Of a stretch of 64,000 nt of DNA, positions 25,512 to 39,243 are shown piece after piece (position 1 is the first letter of the stretch; the number at the start of each line of letters is the position of its first letter). Source of the DNA: the human T2T-CHM13v2.0 reference genome, Homo sapiens; NCBI RefSeq assembly GCF_009914755.1, contig NC_060930.1, one strand, 5' to 3'. The notes under the pieces were generated by a model that did no database searches, had not been told where the DNA came from, and saw only the letters and a program-made list of their open reading frames with translations. The translations under genes were made by a program, and so were the position numbers.

Positions 25512-26169
25512 TTCTTTTCTATTCTTCTGGTTTTGCCTTTTCTGAATGTATCGTAAATAAAGTCATGCAGTTTTGTTGTCGTTTTAATAGTAATATTTTA
25601 ATACAGCATAATTAATGTGTAGATTTTCTGCAATACGTTCTGTAATGATTAGATATTCTTGCCTGAAAGAGAAACCTGTCATCCTTAACCAGTAAGAATT
25701 TATTTTGAGAGCTACCTGCACTGTAAACAAACATACAGACCTGGGGGAGGTGAACTGCCTGGGAAGGCAGAATTTACCAATTAAAACCAAGTTCAGTGAT
25801 AGAAATATTCCACACCAGTCACATAATTAAGCCTAAGGAAATAAAACACAAGACAGAGAAAATATTTTTTTAACTAACAAAAAATAAATGCTTACTTTTC
25901 TTGCTAGAAAAGCAATATATAGTAAAAAAATGTAGAAGCAAAGGCAAGTAAGTAGAAGGAACTGTCCTCCCACCACCAATTAAAAATTATAGATTTTATC
26001 CACAATTTAAAAATATTTCACGCATAGTAATACACACACATTTATGTAAATATATAGAAATATATATATTTTACTTACAAAATGGATGTTTTGCATGCTG
26101 TTTCATAAAATATCTTTCTCTCAAAGCTTTTTACTGAATTATGAATTATGAATAGTTTCTGCCAACAGT

Positions 26170-26420
26170 ACATGGTAGTGGTTGAAAGTACAGGAGTTAA
26201 GAACATGGACTTTGAATCAGACAGACCTGACTATTATCCCAGCTCCTCTGCTTACCAGATCTGTGACCTTGAGCAAAATACTGAAATTCTGCAAGCTTCA
26301 TTTGTCTCACTTGCAAAGTAAAGACAATTATACCTAATTTGTAAGTGTGTTGTATTAAGATAAAATAATACACATAAATCATTTAGCACATTGCCTGGAA
26401 AATAATAATTATTCTACCAA
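26170..26420 (+). mobile_element. MIR SINE
   Basis: 'ggactttgaatcagacagacctg...ctgtgaccttgagcaaaatactgaa...atttagcacattgcctgg'. Confidence 0.85.
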
Positions 26421-28454
26421 GTTAGTGAACAGGAAAAGCTCAGGAAACACTTGAAATCAACATTTTTTTTTTTTTTTTTTTGGAGAAGGAGTTCTCCCAT
26501 TTTCATTGCATAAAACATATTCATTCCCAGCCCCCAGCTGGAATTTTCACAGACCCCTGACTTTTCTATTCATTGCTAGGTAATTGAGTACTACCTAAAT
26601 CACTTTAAGTTGTAAACATATTCTCATTCAGAAATTAGGTGGCCTATTACCAGATAATAACCAATATTCTCAATGTGATATAATTTCAAGTCTTCTCAAA
26701 GCCTCTGCTTTGGGGTAGAAGACTTCAGTGGAAAATGTAGTTGTGATAACTTTTCTGCTGCATCGTACTCTTCTTCCATTCCCTGGCTGACTACCCAATT
26801 TCTAACACTTCACGTGTTGCAGTTGGAGAGGGAGGAGCGATAACTATGCAGGGAAGGTCTTGCTGGAACTAATGTTATACATAGGTCTGTGCTGTTGGGG
26901 CCAGTGGACAGGTGACTCTCTTGGGGGCACTTTATTTGGCTCTTTAGAGGACTCTGCTGGGCCCTCTGTCCTGCAGCTCTCTTGACTCAAGTGAAAGCAT
27001 CTCTATTTCTGAGAGGCCCTTAGGACTCTTTTTGTCCCCTGGGTTCTGGCTGCTTTTGTTTCTCTGCTCATTATGCAGTCATTTGGAATAGGCTCATGAT
27101 GAATTCCTCTAACATGGAAAAGACTTTCTCTCCCTCTGGTCCATGAGAACCCTGGAGAATCCCTTGCCCCAACACAGTGGAAATGCAGGTCACCTCAACA
27201 TGGAAACATTCTTCTGACTCCATGACTAAAGCTGTTAGGAATGAAGAAATAAAATGTGTGTTATCCCAGTAGTGGGAAAATTAATCCCAGGTTATTACTT
27301 GTTCATGACCCAAACAAGTGAAGAGCCAAATAAAATTTATTGAGTTTTCAACAAAACTGTTCTGATTTCAAAAACCTTTCCATCATATTTTTCCTGTAAA
27401 TGTATAGTCAGCGCCCAGTAGATAAACTCTGAATCTGCATCTATGACCAGGAATATAGGAGCCCTGAGAAAAATAGGCAGGATCTATAAAATTGAGTAGC
27501 AAATGATTTTTCTCAAATATTTGAGAGAACAACTTACTGTTCAGCCAAATTGTAATTGCAATGATGACTTTTGAAAATTAACTTAGATTAGCCATGATAA
27601 TTTTTTCTCTTCTTTTTTTTTGTATCAAACACCGAGCACTCATTAGCTATTATGGAGTAAATATTCTCACTAAATGAAATACCAGTGTTACATCCCAGCG
27701 ACCTGACTCCTGATAATAAAGCACCACTCCTATCTTGAGAATAGTCCAGTTAAGTAAAATACAGGCTGCACTGATGCCACAGTGTTGGCTCAGATTTAAT
27801 TTTGAACCACTCAGTCAATGTACCATGTTAATCACTGCTTATTTGAGTGATAGCATTTTTATTCTATGTCAAGCATTTTATTCTTGACTTGCTATTTGAC
27901 CAGAACAGTTGGTCAGTGGTGGAATGGTTTAGAGGTCTTACTTTTTTCCGTTTTCTCACTAAAGCACTCCCTCGGAAAGGCATCTGAGAGAAAGATGTGG
28001 AGGTGGGCAGGGCCTTTCATTTGTCTTCCAGTTTTATTACTCTGCCCCTCTTAGGCCTGGCTGACATCCAGTGTCTCAGAGCCTCTGTCTGTCAAGAAGC
28101 CAACCTCCTGGCTGGAAAGATATCCAGATCAGGAGACATTAGACTCAGGAGCTGGAAATAAAGAGATCAACAATAAACATGGTACATTCAGTATTCTATT
28201 TCATGACCCTAAGTAATAAACATGAAAAAAACTGTATGTCCTCAGGGGCACAAGGCTATAAAGGACTCAGCTCATTGATGGCCTGGTAAAATCAGACTAT
28301 TATTTCTCATCTTTCCCTTTAGAGGGTTAATTGTCAGAGATTCATCTAGCTGGTAAAGTGTTTGACAAATGCTTCAGCAAAACTTTTTAAAAAGTGCTTT
28401 CCAAATCTACTTAACAAATATCATAAATATAGAAAACCTTTCTAAATATAATGG

Positions 28455-28960
28455 CATCTTTCTACAAACTAGCTGGGATTCTTTTGTTGCAAGTAATAGA
28501 AACACAATAGGAACCAGCTGAAGCAAAAAGAGAAAGGACATCAGAAAGATATCCCGAAATGTATATAAACACCAAAGCGTGTAATAGAATCCAGAGGGTA
28601 TAAAGTCCACTGGGCTTCAGAAATGGGCCACAAAAATGGAGCCCTTGTGGACACTTGGGAAAACTTCCTTTTATATCTTTTGTTTGGGCTTTTCCCTGTG
28701 AATGTAAATGTACTTTTTTCTTACCTTGTGCTGCCCCCAAGTCCACATAGTGGAGTATAACTTTTAAAAAGAATCTACATATTATATGTCATCATTGAAG
28801 AACCCAGGGAGAGTCCCAGTCCTCAAATTCTCAAAGCAAGGATCACATGGCTCAGTGTAAATCATGCACCCATCCCAGGAATAATCTGTGGCCCTAGTGA
28901 CTGAGTCATGCTACAAAAGTGCTGCTGTAGTTTAAGATCCATGGATTGAGATCATGAGGC
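28455..28960 (-). mobile_element. Old MLT1 (L/N-like) MaLR LTR
   Basis: 'ggattcttttgttgcaagtaatagaaacac...agctgaagcaaaaag'. Boundaries approximate. Confidence 0.5.
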
Positions 28961-29227
28961 AATTCCCAGAAAATTTGAGATATTTTCCTTGAAACACTTT
29001 GTGAGGTAGGGGAGTTTGGGGCAAAATGAAATATTGGCATCCCGTGCTTTCAACTTTTCAGATAGTGAATGCTAACATGTTAAAGTTTTAAACAGAGCTA
29101 TGAAGATAAAAGAGTGTATGAATGGATTCATGAGAAAATTAAATATGTATAGCATTGCACTACATTAAAATGCTGGCTGGACTTATTTGGAAAAGAGGCA
29201 ACACAACAAAAAAGTTAAATGTTGACT

Positions 29228-29365
29228 CTGGAAATTTTTTGCCTAAATTTGAAATTGGGCTCCACTCTTTCCACAATTGGAAATTGGGAAATTTGCCTAG
29301 GAAGTTTTGCCTAAATTTGAAATTGGGCTCCACAGTTTCAATTGCCCATTGAAATTGGGCAATGC
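29228..29365. repeat. Complex local direct plus inverted micro-duplication at the 5' end of a MIR
   Basis: 29-bp perfect direct repeat at 29237-29265 and 29305-29333, 'gaaattggg' x4, inverted attgccca/tgggcaat. Confidence 0.9.
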
Positions 29366-29520
29366 GTCTGCTGGGTGCCCAAATTTCCTCATCCATATAA
29401 AGAGAATAATAGAATTGCCCATCTCTATGGGTTATTATGTGATTAAAATGAATTAATATACATGTAAAGTGCTTTGAACAATGCCCGGTGCATAGGAACA
29501 CTTTAATGTTAATTGCTGTC
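29365..29520 (+). mobile_element. MIR SINE core/3' part
   Basis: 'tttcctcatccatataaagagaataatag...gattaaaatga...catgtaaagtgctttgaacaatgcccgg'. Confidence 0.85.
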
Positions 29521-30248
29521 ACTTTTATTTGGATATTCAATATGAGAAATCAGTTCAACTTTTATCTCACCCCACTGAGTTACTGTGAGATAATATAACA
29601 CCTGATTATTGCTGCATTAGCTTGGACTCAGATTCTCACATGGGCAATACTGCCTTTGGTGGCCTTTAGTGGGGACTTATCAGACCACTCGAAGTCATTA
29701 AACTCTTCAATAAGGCAAATAGTGCAGAACTGAGTAATGTCCAACAGTCAAATAAGGTCTTGCATTCACTTTTAACTTCATGATTCTAGATGTATCTGTA
29801 TGACATTGGGGCCCTTCTCTTTCACCCATCAAATATTGCCTCTCAAAATTATAGTCATTTTATGCACACATAAAATGAAGAGGACTTTAGGTTAGGAAAT
29901 AATACTATAGCATTGTTTTGAGCTTCATAAATATGCATATCTGCACATGAGTCTTCAAGTTTCATAGGCTCATGAATAAATGCAGGGACATGGATTTAGC
30001 ACATATTTCTTATTTAGTGTTTATGTGCTTGTCCATCTGTTGCTTGATCATTGCATTATAGAAGAGCATTTATACAGCTAAAAGAAAGACTTATTTTACT
30101 TCCAAATCTGTTTTCACAAAACAATAGATCCATTTTCAAAGGCTCGTATATTATCATGGAAGGTTGTTTTGGGACAGGTAACATACAAGAAGCAAATTCA
30201 CTTTCTTGTTCTTCCTTCACTTTTTATTTCATTCACATACCCCCTACA

Positions 30249-30277
30249 GACACACACACACACACACACACACACAC
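30249..30277. repeat. (CA)n microsatellite
   Basis: Read directly from the sequence. Confidence 0.95.
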
Positions 30278-30849
30278 TTCACACATGGGTAATAAGAAGG
30301 TCCATGCTATTCCAGCTATTACTTAAAATTTAAGCAAAAAGCCACCTGCAGGTTGAAATTGTTATTAGGTTTAGCTGTGTCAACAAAACTTACATAGTTA
30401 TGAGTGTCCTGAATTCATTCCAACAATCTTGGAGCCATATTTTAAAAAAGAACATTAACAAGACAGACTTTGGCCAGAGAGGGACAGCTGTGCTGTTAAA
30501 GGCTCTGAAAATTACATATTTGAGAAATAATGAAAAGAACCAGAAACGCCTTAGGCTCTTGTCACTCAATGCTGCTCAATGGTAAAACCTCTTCATGCCT
30601 TTAAAAATTACAAGCCACTAGTCGAAGCTTGCACAAATATGCTTCAAAAATCAATTGTATTTAAATGGTATATAATTGTTTACATTCTATAAAAATATAT
30701 ATTCAATTAAATAGACATTTATTGCATTATTTCACAAAGGATTATATTAGGTGCTGGGTGTTGTGAGTGAAGAGGATGGGCTTAGCTTTGGATATGAAGC
30801 ATTTGAAGGGTTGTCAGGATGGTCATGTATAGCAGGCAATTAGACTGGC

Positions 30850-31248
30850 AATGATGGACTGGGTAAAGAAAATGTGGCACATATACACCATGGAATACTA
30901 TGCAGCCATACAAAAGGATGAGTCTATGTCCTTTGCAGGGACATGGATGAAGTTGGAAACCATCTTTCTTGGCAAACTATCACAAGATCAGAAAACCAAA
31001 CACCGTATGTTCTCACTCATAAGTGAGAGTTGAACAATGAGAACACATGGACACAGGGAGGGGAACATCACACATTGGGGCCTGTCGGGAGTTGAGAGGG
31101 CTAGAGGAGGGATAGCATTAGGAGAAATACCTAATGTAGGTGACGGGTTGATGGGTGCAGCAAACCACCATGGCACGTGTATACCTATGTAACAAACCTG
31201 CACCTTCTGCACATGTAACCCAGAACTTAAAGTATAATTTTAAAAAAT
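30850..31248 (+). mobile_element. L1PA 3' end (L1PA6/7-like), about 400 bp
   Basis: ORF2 C-terminal peptide 'DWVKKMWHIYTMEYYAAI' and 3'UTR 'ggagaaatacctaatgtaggtgacgggttgatgggtgcagcaaaccaccatggcacgtg'. Confidence 0.95.
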
Positions 31249-31527
31249 ATGAGATACACATTTTGCAACAAGAGCCAAGCTATTTAGGAGTAAAGGAATT
31301 GTAATATGAATTAAGTACAATACATGACATTTGATGATTTTTAAAGATTAATGTCTGTTGCAATTTTTAGGCATTCCATTTTAGCCTAGGTCATTACTGT
31401 CGTTTTACTTGTCATGGCAGTACCTGAAACCACATCATTGTTTCTATTATTAATCAGATTCCCTAAATTTTCCTTTTTCAAATTTATAATAATTCATATG
31501 TGCCCCATCCCTTAATTTGAAATGTTC

Positions 31528-32145
<618 letters not shown>

Positions 32146-33478
32146 ATTTGAAATGTTCTTAATCGATCTCTTGGATGTCTGCAAGGAAGCACGTGAAAAT
32201 GTAGGATAAAATATAATCTTCTCACTGCATGAAGGCAAGAAGCCCATTGATGTTGAAGGCATGCATCTTGCAGACATCACCATGCAGTATACAGTACCCA
32301 TTTGCATTAAGTCAACAAATCCTTTGGAAGTGTGATGCATGTCTTCTGGACAAAAGAAAGAGGATTCCATTTCAATGAGACCTAAAAATATTATGGAATA
32401 ATAGTTGAATATATGGAGCTTATAATAATAACTGGCTTTCCCAATAAAATATCATGAATCTACAATGGTCTCACACCCTGGTATTTTAATAATGGCATTT
32501 GAGAGAAAGGTTTCTATATGTCACTCTTCGTCAATAAACAAATGGTCTTGAAATGCACTATTCTATGAGTTACAGGAACAAAACCTAAAGGGTCTTGGTG
32601 GAATAAACTTGAACAATAAAATGTGAAACTTCTATAAATATAAACACAATCCTTGAAGGCAGGAATATTTTCTCCCTCATTCATTTTTGCTTTTCCAGAT
32701 AACAATTCAGCTCCGATTTTGTATCACATCATATACTTCATTCCAGCTAACAATTAACTTATTTCTGGGTAACAAATAACTTATTTCTGTGAAATGACAG
32801 CATGGAGCTGCTAACAATACCTCAGGAAGACATGGTAATGATTTCTCTCGGTGTTTGTCTAAAGAAAAAAGAATGTGGCAAGGAGGAAGTAAATCTGATG
32901 AGCATTAAATGGCAGTGTTGCTTTTTGAAAGAAATCACATGAATAATGAATCAAATACATCCGCGAATATATTTAGCTGTGCGTTGTGCAGGTGAATGCA
33001 GGGACACGTGCTCCTCTTGCAACACCGGAGCTCACAGCCACCAGCATCTGATCACTAGCCTTTCCAGGAGCTATTTTAAAACAGGTGTGGCATTTTTTTT
33101 TTTCTACCACAGAAACTAAGAAATATTTAAAAAGTTTTGTTGCCTGAATTTTCTGAGGCTCTCTATTCAAGGGCGGGGTGGAGAATATTCTTCAATAAAG
33201 GCATATGCCTTTATTTGAAGGCATTTTGCATTCTTAAACACTATTTGTTCTATGATGGATTGAATTGTGTTGTGGAATAACCTCCTCTGTGCTCTGCCGT
33301 TCTCCAGTGTCCCCTTTCAATAACTTGTTTCTGGCCTCTCTAGAGGTTCATTTGTTCAAGAAAGGGCAATAATAGTAAGGACTGAAAAGTACACTCCAGA
33401 GGCAAGCATGCCATTGCTATAATATCTGGGATACTGTTTTTTCACTCTAAATATGTGCTTCTCAATACCACAGCTGTC

Positions 33479-34271
33479 CGTTATGGGTTAAAGTGTGTAT
33501 CCCAAAAAGATATGCTGAAGTCCTAAACCCAGGTACCTGTGAATGTGACCTGCTTTGGAAGTAAACTTTGCAAATGCACTCAAGTTAAGATAAGGTCATT
33601 AGGGTGGGACCTAATTCAGTATGACTAATGTCCTTATCAGAAGAGGAGAAAAGGCCTGGGCATGGTGGCTCATGCCTGTAATCCTAGCACTTTGGGAGGC
33701 TGAGGCGGGCGGATCACCTGAGGTCGTGAGTTTGAGGCTAGCCTGGCCAACATGGTGAAACCCCATGTCTACTAAAAATACAAAACTTAGCCAGGCATGG
33801 TGGTGGGCGCTTGTAATCCCAGCTACTTGGGAGGCTGAGGCAGAAGAATCAGTTGAACCTGGGAGGCAGAGGTTGCAGTGAGCCACCATTGCACTCCAGC
33901 CTGGGTGACAAGAGTGAAACTCAGTCTCAAAAATAAATAAATAAATAAACAAACAAACAAATACATAATAAATAAGAGGAGGAAAGAGGCAGAAAGGGTC
34001 ACTCAAGGAGAATACCACATGACAATAGAGGCAGAGATTGGCATGATGCTTTCTTAGCCATGAATACCAAGGATTTCTAGCAATACCAGAAGCTAAGAGA
34101 AAGGCAAGGAACAAGTTCTCCCCTACAGCCTTCAGGGAGAGAATGGCTCTGCTAATAGCTTGATTTCAGACATCTGGCCTCCAGAACTGGGAAAGAATAC
34201 ATTACTGCTGTTTAAAGCCACCTAATTTGTACAATAGTATTTTGTTACAGCATCTCTAGGAAACTAATACA
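33479..34271 (+). mobile_element. MLT1B/C MaLR LTR interrupted by an Alu
   Basis: 'ttatgggttaaagtgtgtatcccaaaaagatatgctgaagtcctaaaccc' to 'ggaaactaataca'. TSD ctgtc/ctatc. Confidence 0.9.
33653..33972 (+). mobile_element. AluS (Sq/Sp-like)
   Basis: Full dimer, 'gacaagagtgaaactc', mixed (AAAT/AAAC) tail. Confidence 0.95.
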
Positions 34272-34434
34272 CTATCTAAATTTAAATCTCTGGAGTGAGG
34301 GGCAAGAAGCCAGTGAGCGTATGGAGACAAACTAGTAATGCATGATGTGGGTATTTGACCAATGGTGTCGAACATCTCCACACATTGGTTAATGAAAGGA
34401 TATATTGCAATCATCACTAAATATGTGGGAGGTA

Positions 34435-34563
34435 TAGATTGACAAGGTTTGCCTCAGTTTGTCCAGGGAGTGCTGGTTTCCACTTATTTCTGGGCATAAT
34501 AACTACTAGGACTCTTTCATTTTCACAGTATCCCAGTTTGGATAATAAGTTATGGCCATTCTC
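34435..34563 (-). mobile_element. MER94-like hAT-Blackjack MITE
   Basis: 'tcccagtttggataataagttatggccattct' resembles the reverse complement of the MER94 terminus. Confidence 0.6.
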
Positions 34564-35884
34564 CTTCCTTGTGCACTATTAAGCACTTAGTGAAAGAATA
34601 CATCTTCATCACTAATCTTCTGTATTTTCGATTTAAAAAATTTCTAGTATCACAGGCAAAATCCCTCTGACACTGCAGTGAATTGAAGATTTAAGATTCC
34701 CAGACCCTGGGTCACTTTCAGGCTTAATTCATTCTGGGACCCACAAAATTACACCTCTCGTACTTGGGTCCTCAGGAAATAATGTTTCACTTTGTTTAAA
34801 CAAGTTGGAATAAACAAAATCAGTCATACCTGAGGTGGGGGAGAATGGGGGCAATAACAACTAAATTCAAGTGCAACACAAGTACTCTGAACTATACAAT
34901 GCCTTTCAGTTACTCTCCAGTGATCGAGATTAGCAATGTGGATCCTGAAAAAGAGTCAGAGATATGGCCCGTTTCTTGCTTTGTCATAAATTCTTCCTGA
35001 CCTTGAATAAATGTGTCTTTTCCTTTGGTTTTCCCACTTGAGAAGTGAAAGCTGTAATAATTAGCTTTTTATTTTCTTGATATATGTCGCTTAATTAGAG
35101 AATGCTGGTGAAACGCCTTCAACAATTTGAGAAAAACACTTTGTATGTTCCATGCCTTGGTGATGGACCTATACAGAATTTACTCATCAGAGTTAGAAAG
35201 ACAGATGAGTTCTCATTTCTTGTCAGTTGCATGCTTGTAGTACTACCATGGTGTAGTCCTGGTGAAGTGTATATGAAAAATGACTTTATGCAGTGTCTAC
35301 CAATCTTTGTTTACTCTTTGTTTTCCTCTCCTATATATTACGTTACATTTAAAATAAAACAATTGACATTGTTTTCTCCTGGTGACTGCTTTTAGCCTCA
35401 ACTCTGGCTTCTGAAGCTAAAATGAGGCTCCCTGTTTCTTTCTACACTTATGACTGCCAATCTAACACCTTAGGAAGGCAGTAGGGGATGTTGCTGACAG
35501 CAAAAAGCTGACTTGGAAGGTGGTATTGGGGCAGTAGGATGTTTCCCAGGTATTTGTAAATGTAGGTGTGGGCAGAGCAGTCTGGTGTAATTGTTAACAT
35601 CAATACCCTGCACTGCTCCTCCTCAGACAGTGTTCATACAATGCCCTTTGAATAGCGGTACCATTGCAATGACAGTATTATATTATACTTTTCTGTTTGT
35701 AGGTTTGTTAGTTCCAAGAGATGGTGCATTGCTAAAGATTCAAGCTATATTTACTCACATTTTAACTTTTATTTCTAGTACTTTCCTAAATGCTAGAAAA
35801 TAAGTAGAATTGAATGCACATTTAATAAATGAGTAGTAACCTTTTAAAGAACAAAAATTGGCTGGTTATTTAATCAGTGAACTA

Positions 35885-36571
35885 GTATGGAGACTTTGTA
35901 ATGTGCCAACTTGGCTACACTGACCTGTGTTTACAACATTCCCTTTTTTTCTGAAATTTTTCTTTTCGTGTGATCCATGAGAAATATTCTGTATAAGCTT
36001 CAGAGGGCAGAGAGGAACTAGAAGCCATATTGCTTTTAAGCGCTCAAAAGTTTGAGCCAAGGTCATCAGATGCTTTCGTAGTTCACCAACATTGTTGCTA
36101 ATCTGCTGTCGCACCTCCTTGACATGAGATGGCAGCCAGGACAGAAACTGCTTCACCTGTCCCCAGATCCGCTTTGAATTTCTCCAGCTTGTATGTCACT
36201 CCATCATGAAGGGTGCTGGTGTGCCCTGTGGAATACTCACATGTGCAAGTTGGGAAGCATTGAGAACTGAGGCTGGTTCCAGTGTGTCCTTGTGGGTCCC
36301 ATCATCTGCTTGTGGGCTCTAGCTTGTCCCAATTTTCCCTCATTCTATAGCTATCTTTCCTCTGACAGTCTGTGCAGTAGACTTCAAGCTCCAGCATCAG
36401 ATGCAAAGACAATAGCCTTACCAACACTGCTTAACTTTCACAATTGCACAAGGTCAAATTCCTGTAAGAAATCTTTTACATGCACACACACCCCTTATGT
36501 ATGCATGTGAATATGTATGTATATATACCTCCTACTGGTTCTTCTTCTCCAGTTGAATCCTGATTGTTACA
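35885..36571 (+). mobile_element. Old MLT2 (E/F-like) LTR
   Basis: 'tgtaatgtgccaacttggcta' start and 'ctcctactggttcttcttctccagttgaatcctgattgttaca' end. Confidence 0.65.
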
Positions 36572-36607
36572 GCTGGTCTAAGAGACCCTGGAGATAAATT
36601 GCTGAAG

Positions 36608-36611
<4 letters not shown>

Positions 36612-36694
<83 letters not shown>
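36612..36694. repeat. Compound (CT)n(GT)n microsatellite
   Basis: Read directly from the sequence. Confidence 0.98.
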
Positions 36695-36695
<1 letters not shown>

Positions 36696-36704
36696 CTGAG
36701 ACAA

Positions 36705-37155
36705 AGGCACTATAAGAGTAATGCTAGCTGTTGGAACAAACATCATTAAAACAAACCTCAGTAATTTAACAGGTTAAATTTTTCTTGCTCTACAGAAGTC
36801 TAATGCATTTCTCTTCGTTGGGGGAGAGGACACATTTTTTTTCTGTACTTAATTTAGAAACCCAGCCTGAGGAGACCTCTCTATCTCCAAGAAGGGGCTA
36901 CTGAGGTCTCCCTGGGCAACAGCATTCAGCCAGAAGATGGGATAAGACACACAGTAGAATATGCCTACCTATATCCTAGCCACTTCAGGTTAGAAGTGGC
37001 ACCTGCCATTCTGCTTATATTGCATTGGTGAGAACTAGTTCCATGACATCACTTTAAACAACTGGTGGAGCTACGTAGTCCCTTCTCAGCTACAATGGCA
37101 TCATGGAAGGGGAACACAAATGTTTGGGGGAACAGCTAGCTATCATTTCCATACA
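36705..37155 (-). mobile_element. MLT1J/K-like MaLR LTR
   Basis: 'taatgctagctgttggaacaaac...cagtaatttaaca...tgcttatattgcattggtgagaactagttccatgac'. Confidence 0.65.
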
Positions 37156-39195
37156 GAAACTTATGTAAAAAATGTTGATAAAAAAAAAACTTGATCATCT
37201 TTGTTTATTCTTGAATTTCAGCTTGGTTCCAGACTTGCTTAGGGAAAAGAAAATACAGTGAAATTCAGTCCATAGGGAGAGCCAAAAAACAGATCTGGCC
37301 AACTTCAAGATGGCATGTTCCATTGTACCCTGAAGTGAATGGCAGGCAGCACAGCTTGCAGCCTCTTTAGAAGAAGTTCTGGCCCTTGGAGATCAAACTG
37401 AAATAGAAATATTCATTTAAAAATTTTGTGCTAACTGCCAAAACCATTAACATCCAAGTTCTATATGAATGTGTCTTGAGGTAGCTGGCCAATTCCTGGA
37501 GGCAGCCGTTCCACCTAGCTTTATTCCTTTGTTGCTTGGAGTTGGCTAGCTGCAAGTACGGACATCAATGGCCTAGAGTAAGCAGTTATGTACCCAATTT
37601 TGGTACATCTTTTGAATAAGTTGGCTGGCTGAGTTTGTAAGTGTTTCTCCTTCTTTCCCTCTCGATTTTGCAGCTTTTGTGCAAAAGTTGAAGTCAACTT
37701 CTACTTAAATCCCATTCTGTTTTCTTTAAATATCCTTTATTAAGTATTTTCAGTTTTCTATTTAAATAAATGATCATAGATGTGCGACTTAGAAAAAAAT
37801 CAGCATCTAATTAAAGCTCACATATGTTTATGCTTTTTCTCCATTTACTCATTTGTATGCAAAATTGTTTTTCATTTTATTTTTTTTTCTGATTTGATTT
37901 TCTATTTTGGCATTTTCCCATGTTTGTTTCATAAGCTGAAATTTTGTGATTTAATAAAAATCAAGCAACTATTAAAGAGGTAAGTTTTACTAAGGATTGT
38001 GTTTAATCCAACAAGCTATATATTTGCTGAAAATCTCTCTCTGCTCAAAGAAGTCTGTCTGATAAATTCTTGATTTACTTTATTGATAGTTTTCTTTCTT
38101 TTGAAAAGATAAAACAATCTGAGCTATTCTTTTATACTTAATTCTAATCAACAAAGATATTTGGTGCTATCCGGGTAAGGCCAGATTCAGAAAGAAGAAC
38201 CATTTTCATCTTAGAGTTTTCATATCCAAATAAGGGAATGCTGAGCCTTGACAGACAGGTGAACTAAAGCTTAGATAGGCATATATCTATATTCTCAGGA
38301 AAAAATAATCCAATGACCAGGCTTGGAGAGGGAAGTAGCCCAAGTCTGTGAAAATCTTTCAAAAAGAAAACTTTGCAATCTAATAAAAAAAGATTCATGG
38401 AGGAAAAAAGGAGGCATCTAATAATTTATAGCCATTATAAAAAAATTGTACTTTTAAAGGACACTTAAATAATAGAAGAGAGTGATGTAACCAGCAATGA
38501 TTATACAAGAAGGGCATAGAGCATAATAACAGTATTAAGAAAGGCTAAAAACCCAGAATCAACAGAACCTTCAAAAAATTCAGTACATCTACCACATAAA
38601 AGGCACTATCCATTAGGTGTAAGGAGAATTGAGACTTGTTAGTCATGCTCTTTCATCTGAATAAATTTTCAGTGAGTTGCTAAGGGAATTAAAATGTGGC
38701 TTTAGACTTTTTTAAAAAAACAATAAAAACAAAAATGGAAGATTTATGGTTTTCTCAAGAAATTTAATAAAAATATGAAATAATAGACATAACTTTTTAA
38801 TTATTATTTTGGTTCATTTTTCTTCACCATAAATAAGAATTATTTAAATTAACAAGATCTAATTTCAATATACAATTCTATGTAAAGAAATATACTACAC
38901 TAGTAAGAACACTGCTCAGTAGTTGCTCATTTAAAAAAAAATCTAGTTTTACATACTGCTGATTCAATGTAAGAAGGCAGAGTAGAAGCTTTCAAACTAA
39001 CTAATATACATTTAGATTTTACTAATAGGATAGAATTCCAATCATTGTAAATGAAGCTCACATTTCAGTTTGAACTGGTAACATCTAAAGTCTTAGATTT
39101 ATAAATGAGTACATTGAGTTGCCTGTTTTAGTTGGCATAGCTTATTACAGACTAATCCTTTCAAAGAGAATAATTTACAAATGAACAGAACCACA

Positions 39196-39196
<1 letters not shown>

Positions 39197-39241
<45 letters not shown>
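39197..39241. repeat. (CA)n microsatellite
   Basis: Read directly from the sequence. Confidence 0.98.

Positions 39242-39243
<2 letters not shown>

Noticed and set aside
29237-29333. Direct repeats with a spacer resembling a CRISPR array
   Set aside because: Only two copies, the spacer is built from the same words, the DNA is primate and there are no cas genes.
33611-34114. 167-aa ORF and similar ORFs at 8799, 31572, 32041, 44925 and 57535
   Set aside because: Alu read-through peptides (for example '[14 protein letters not shown]'), not genes.
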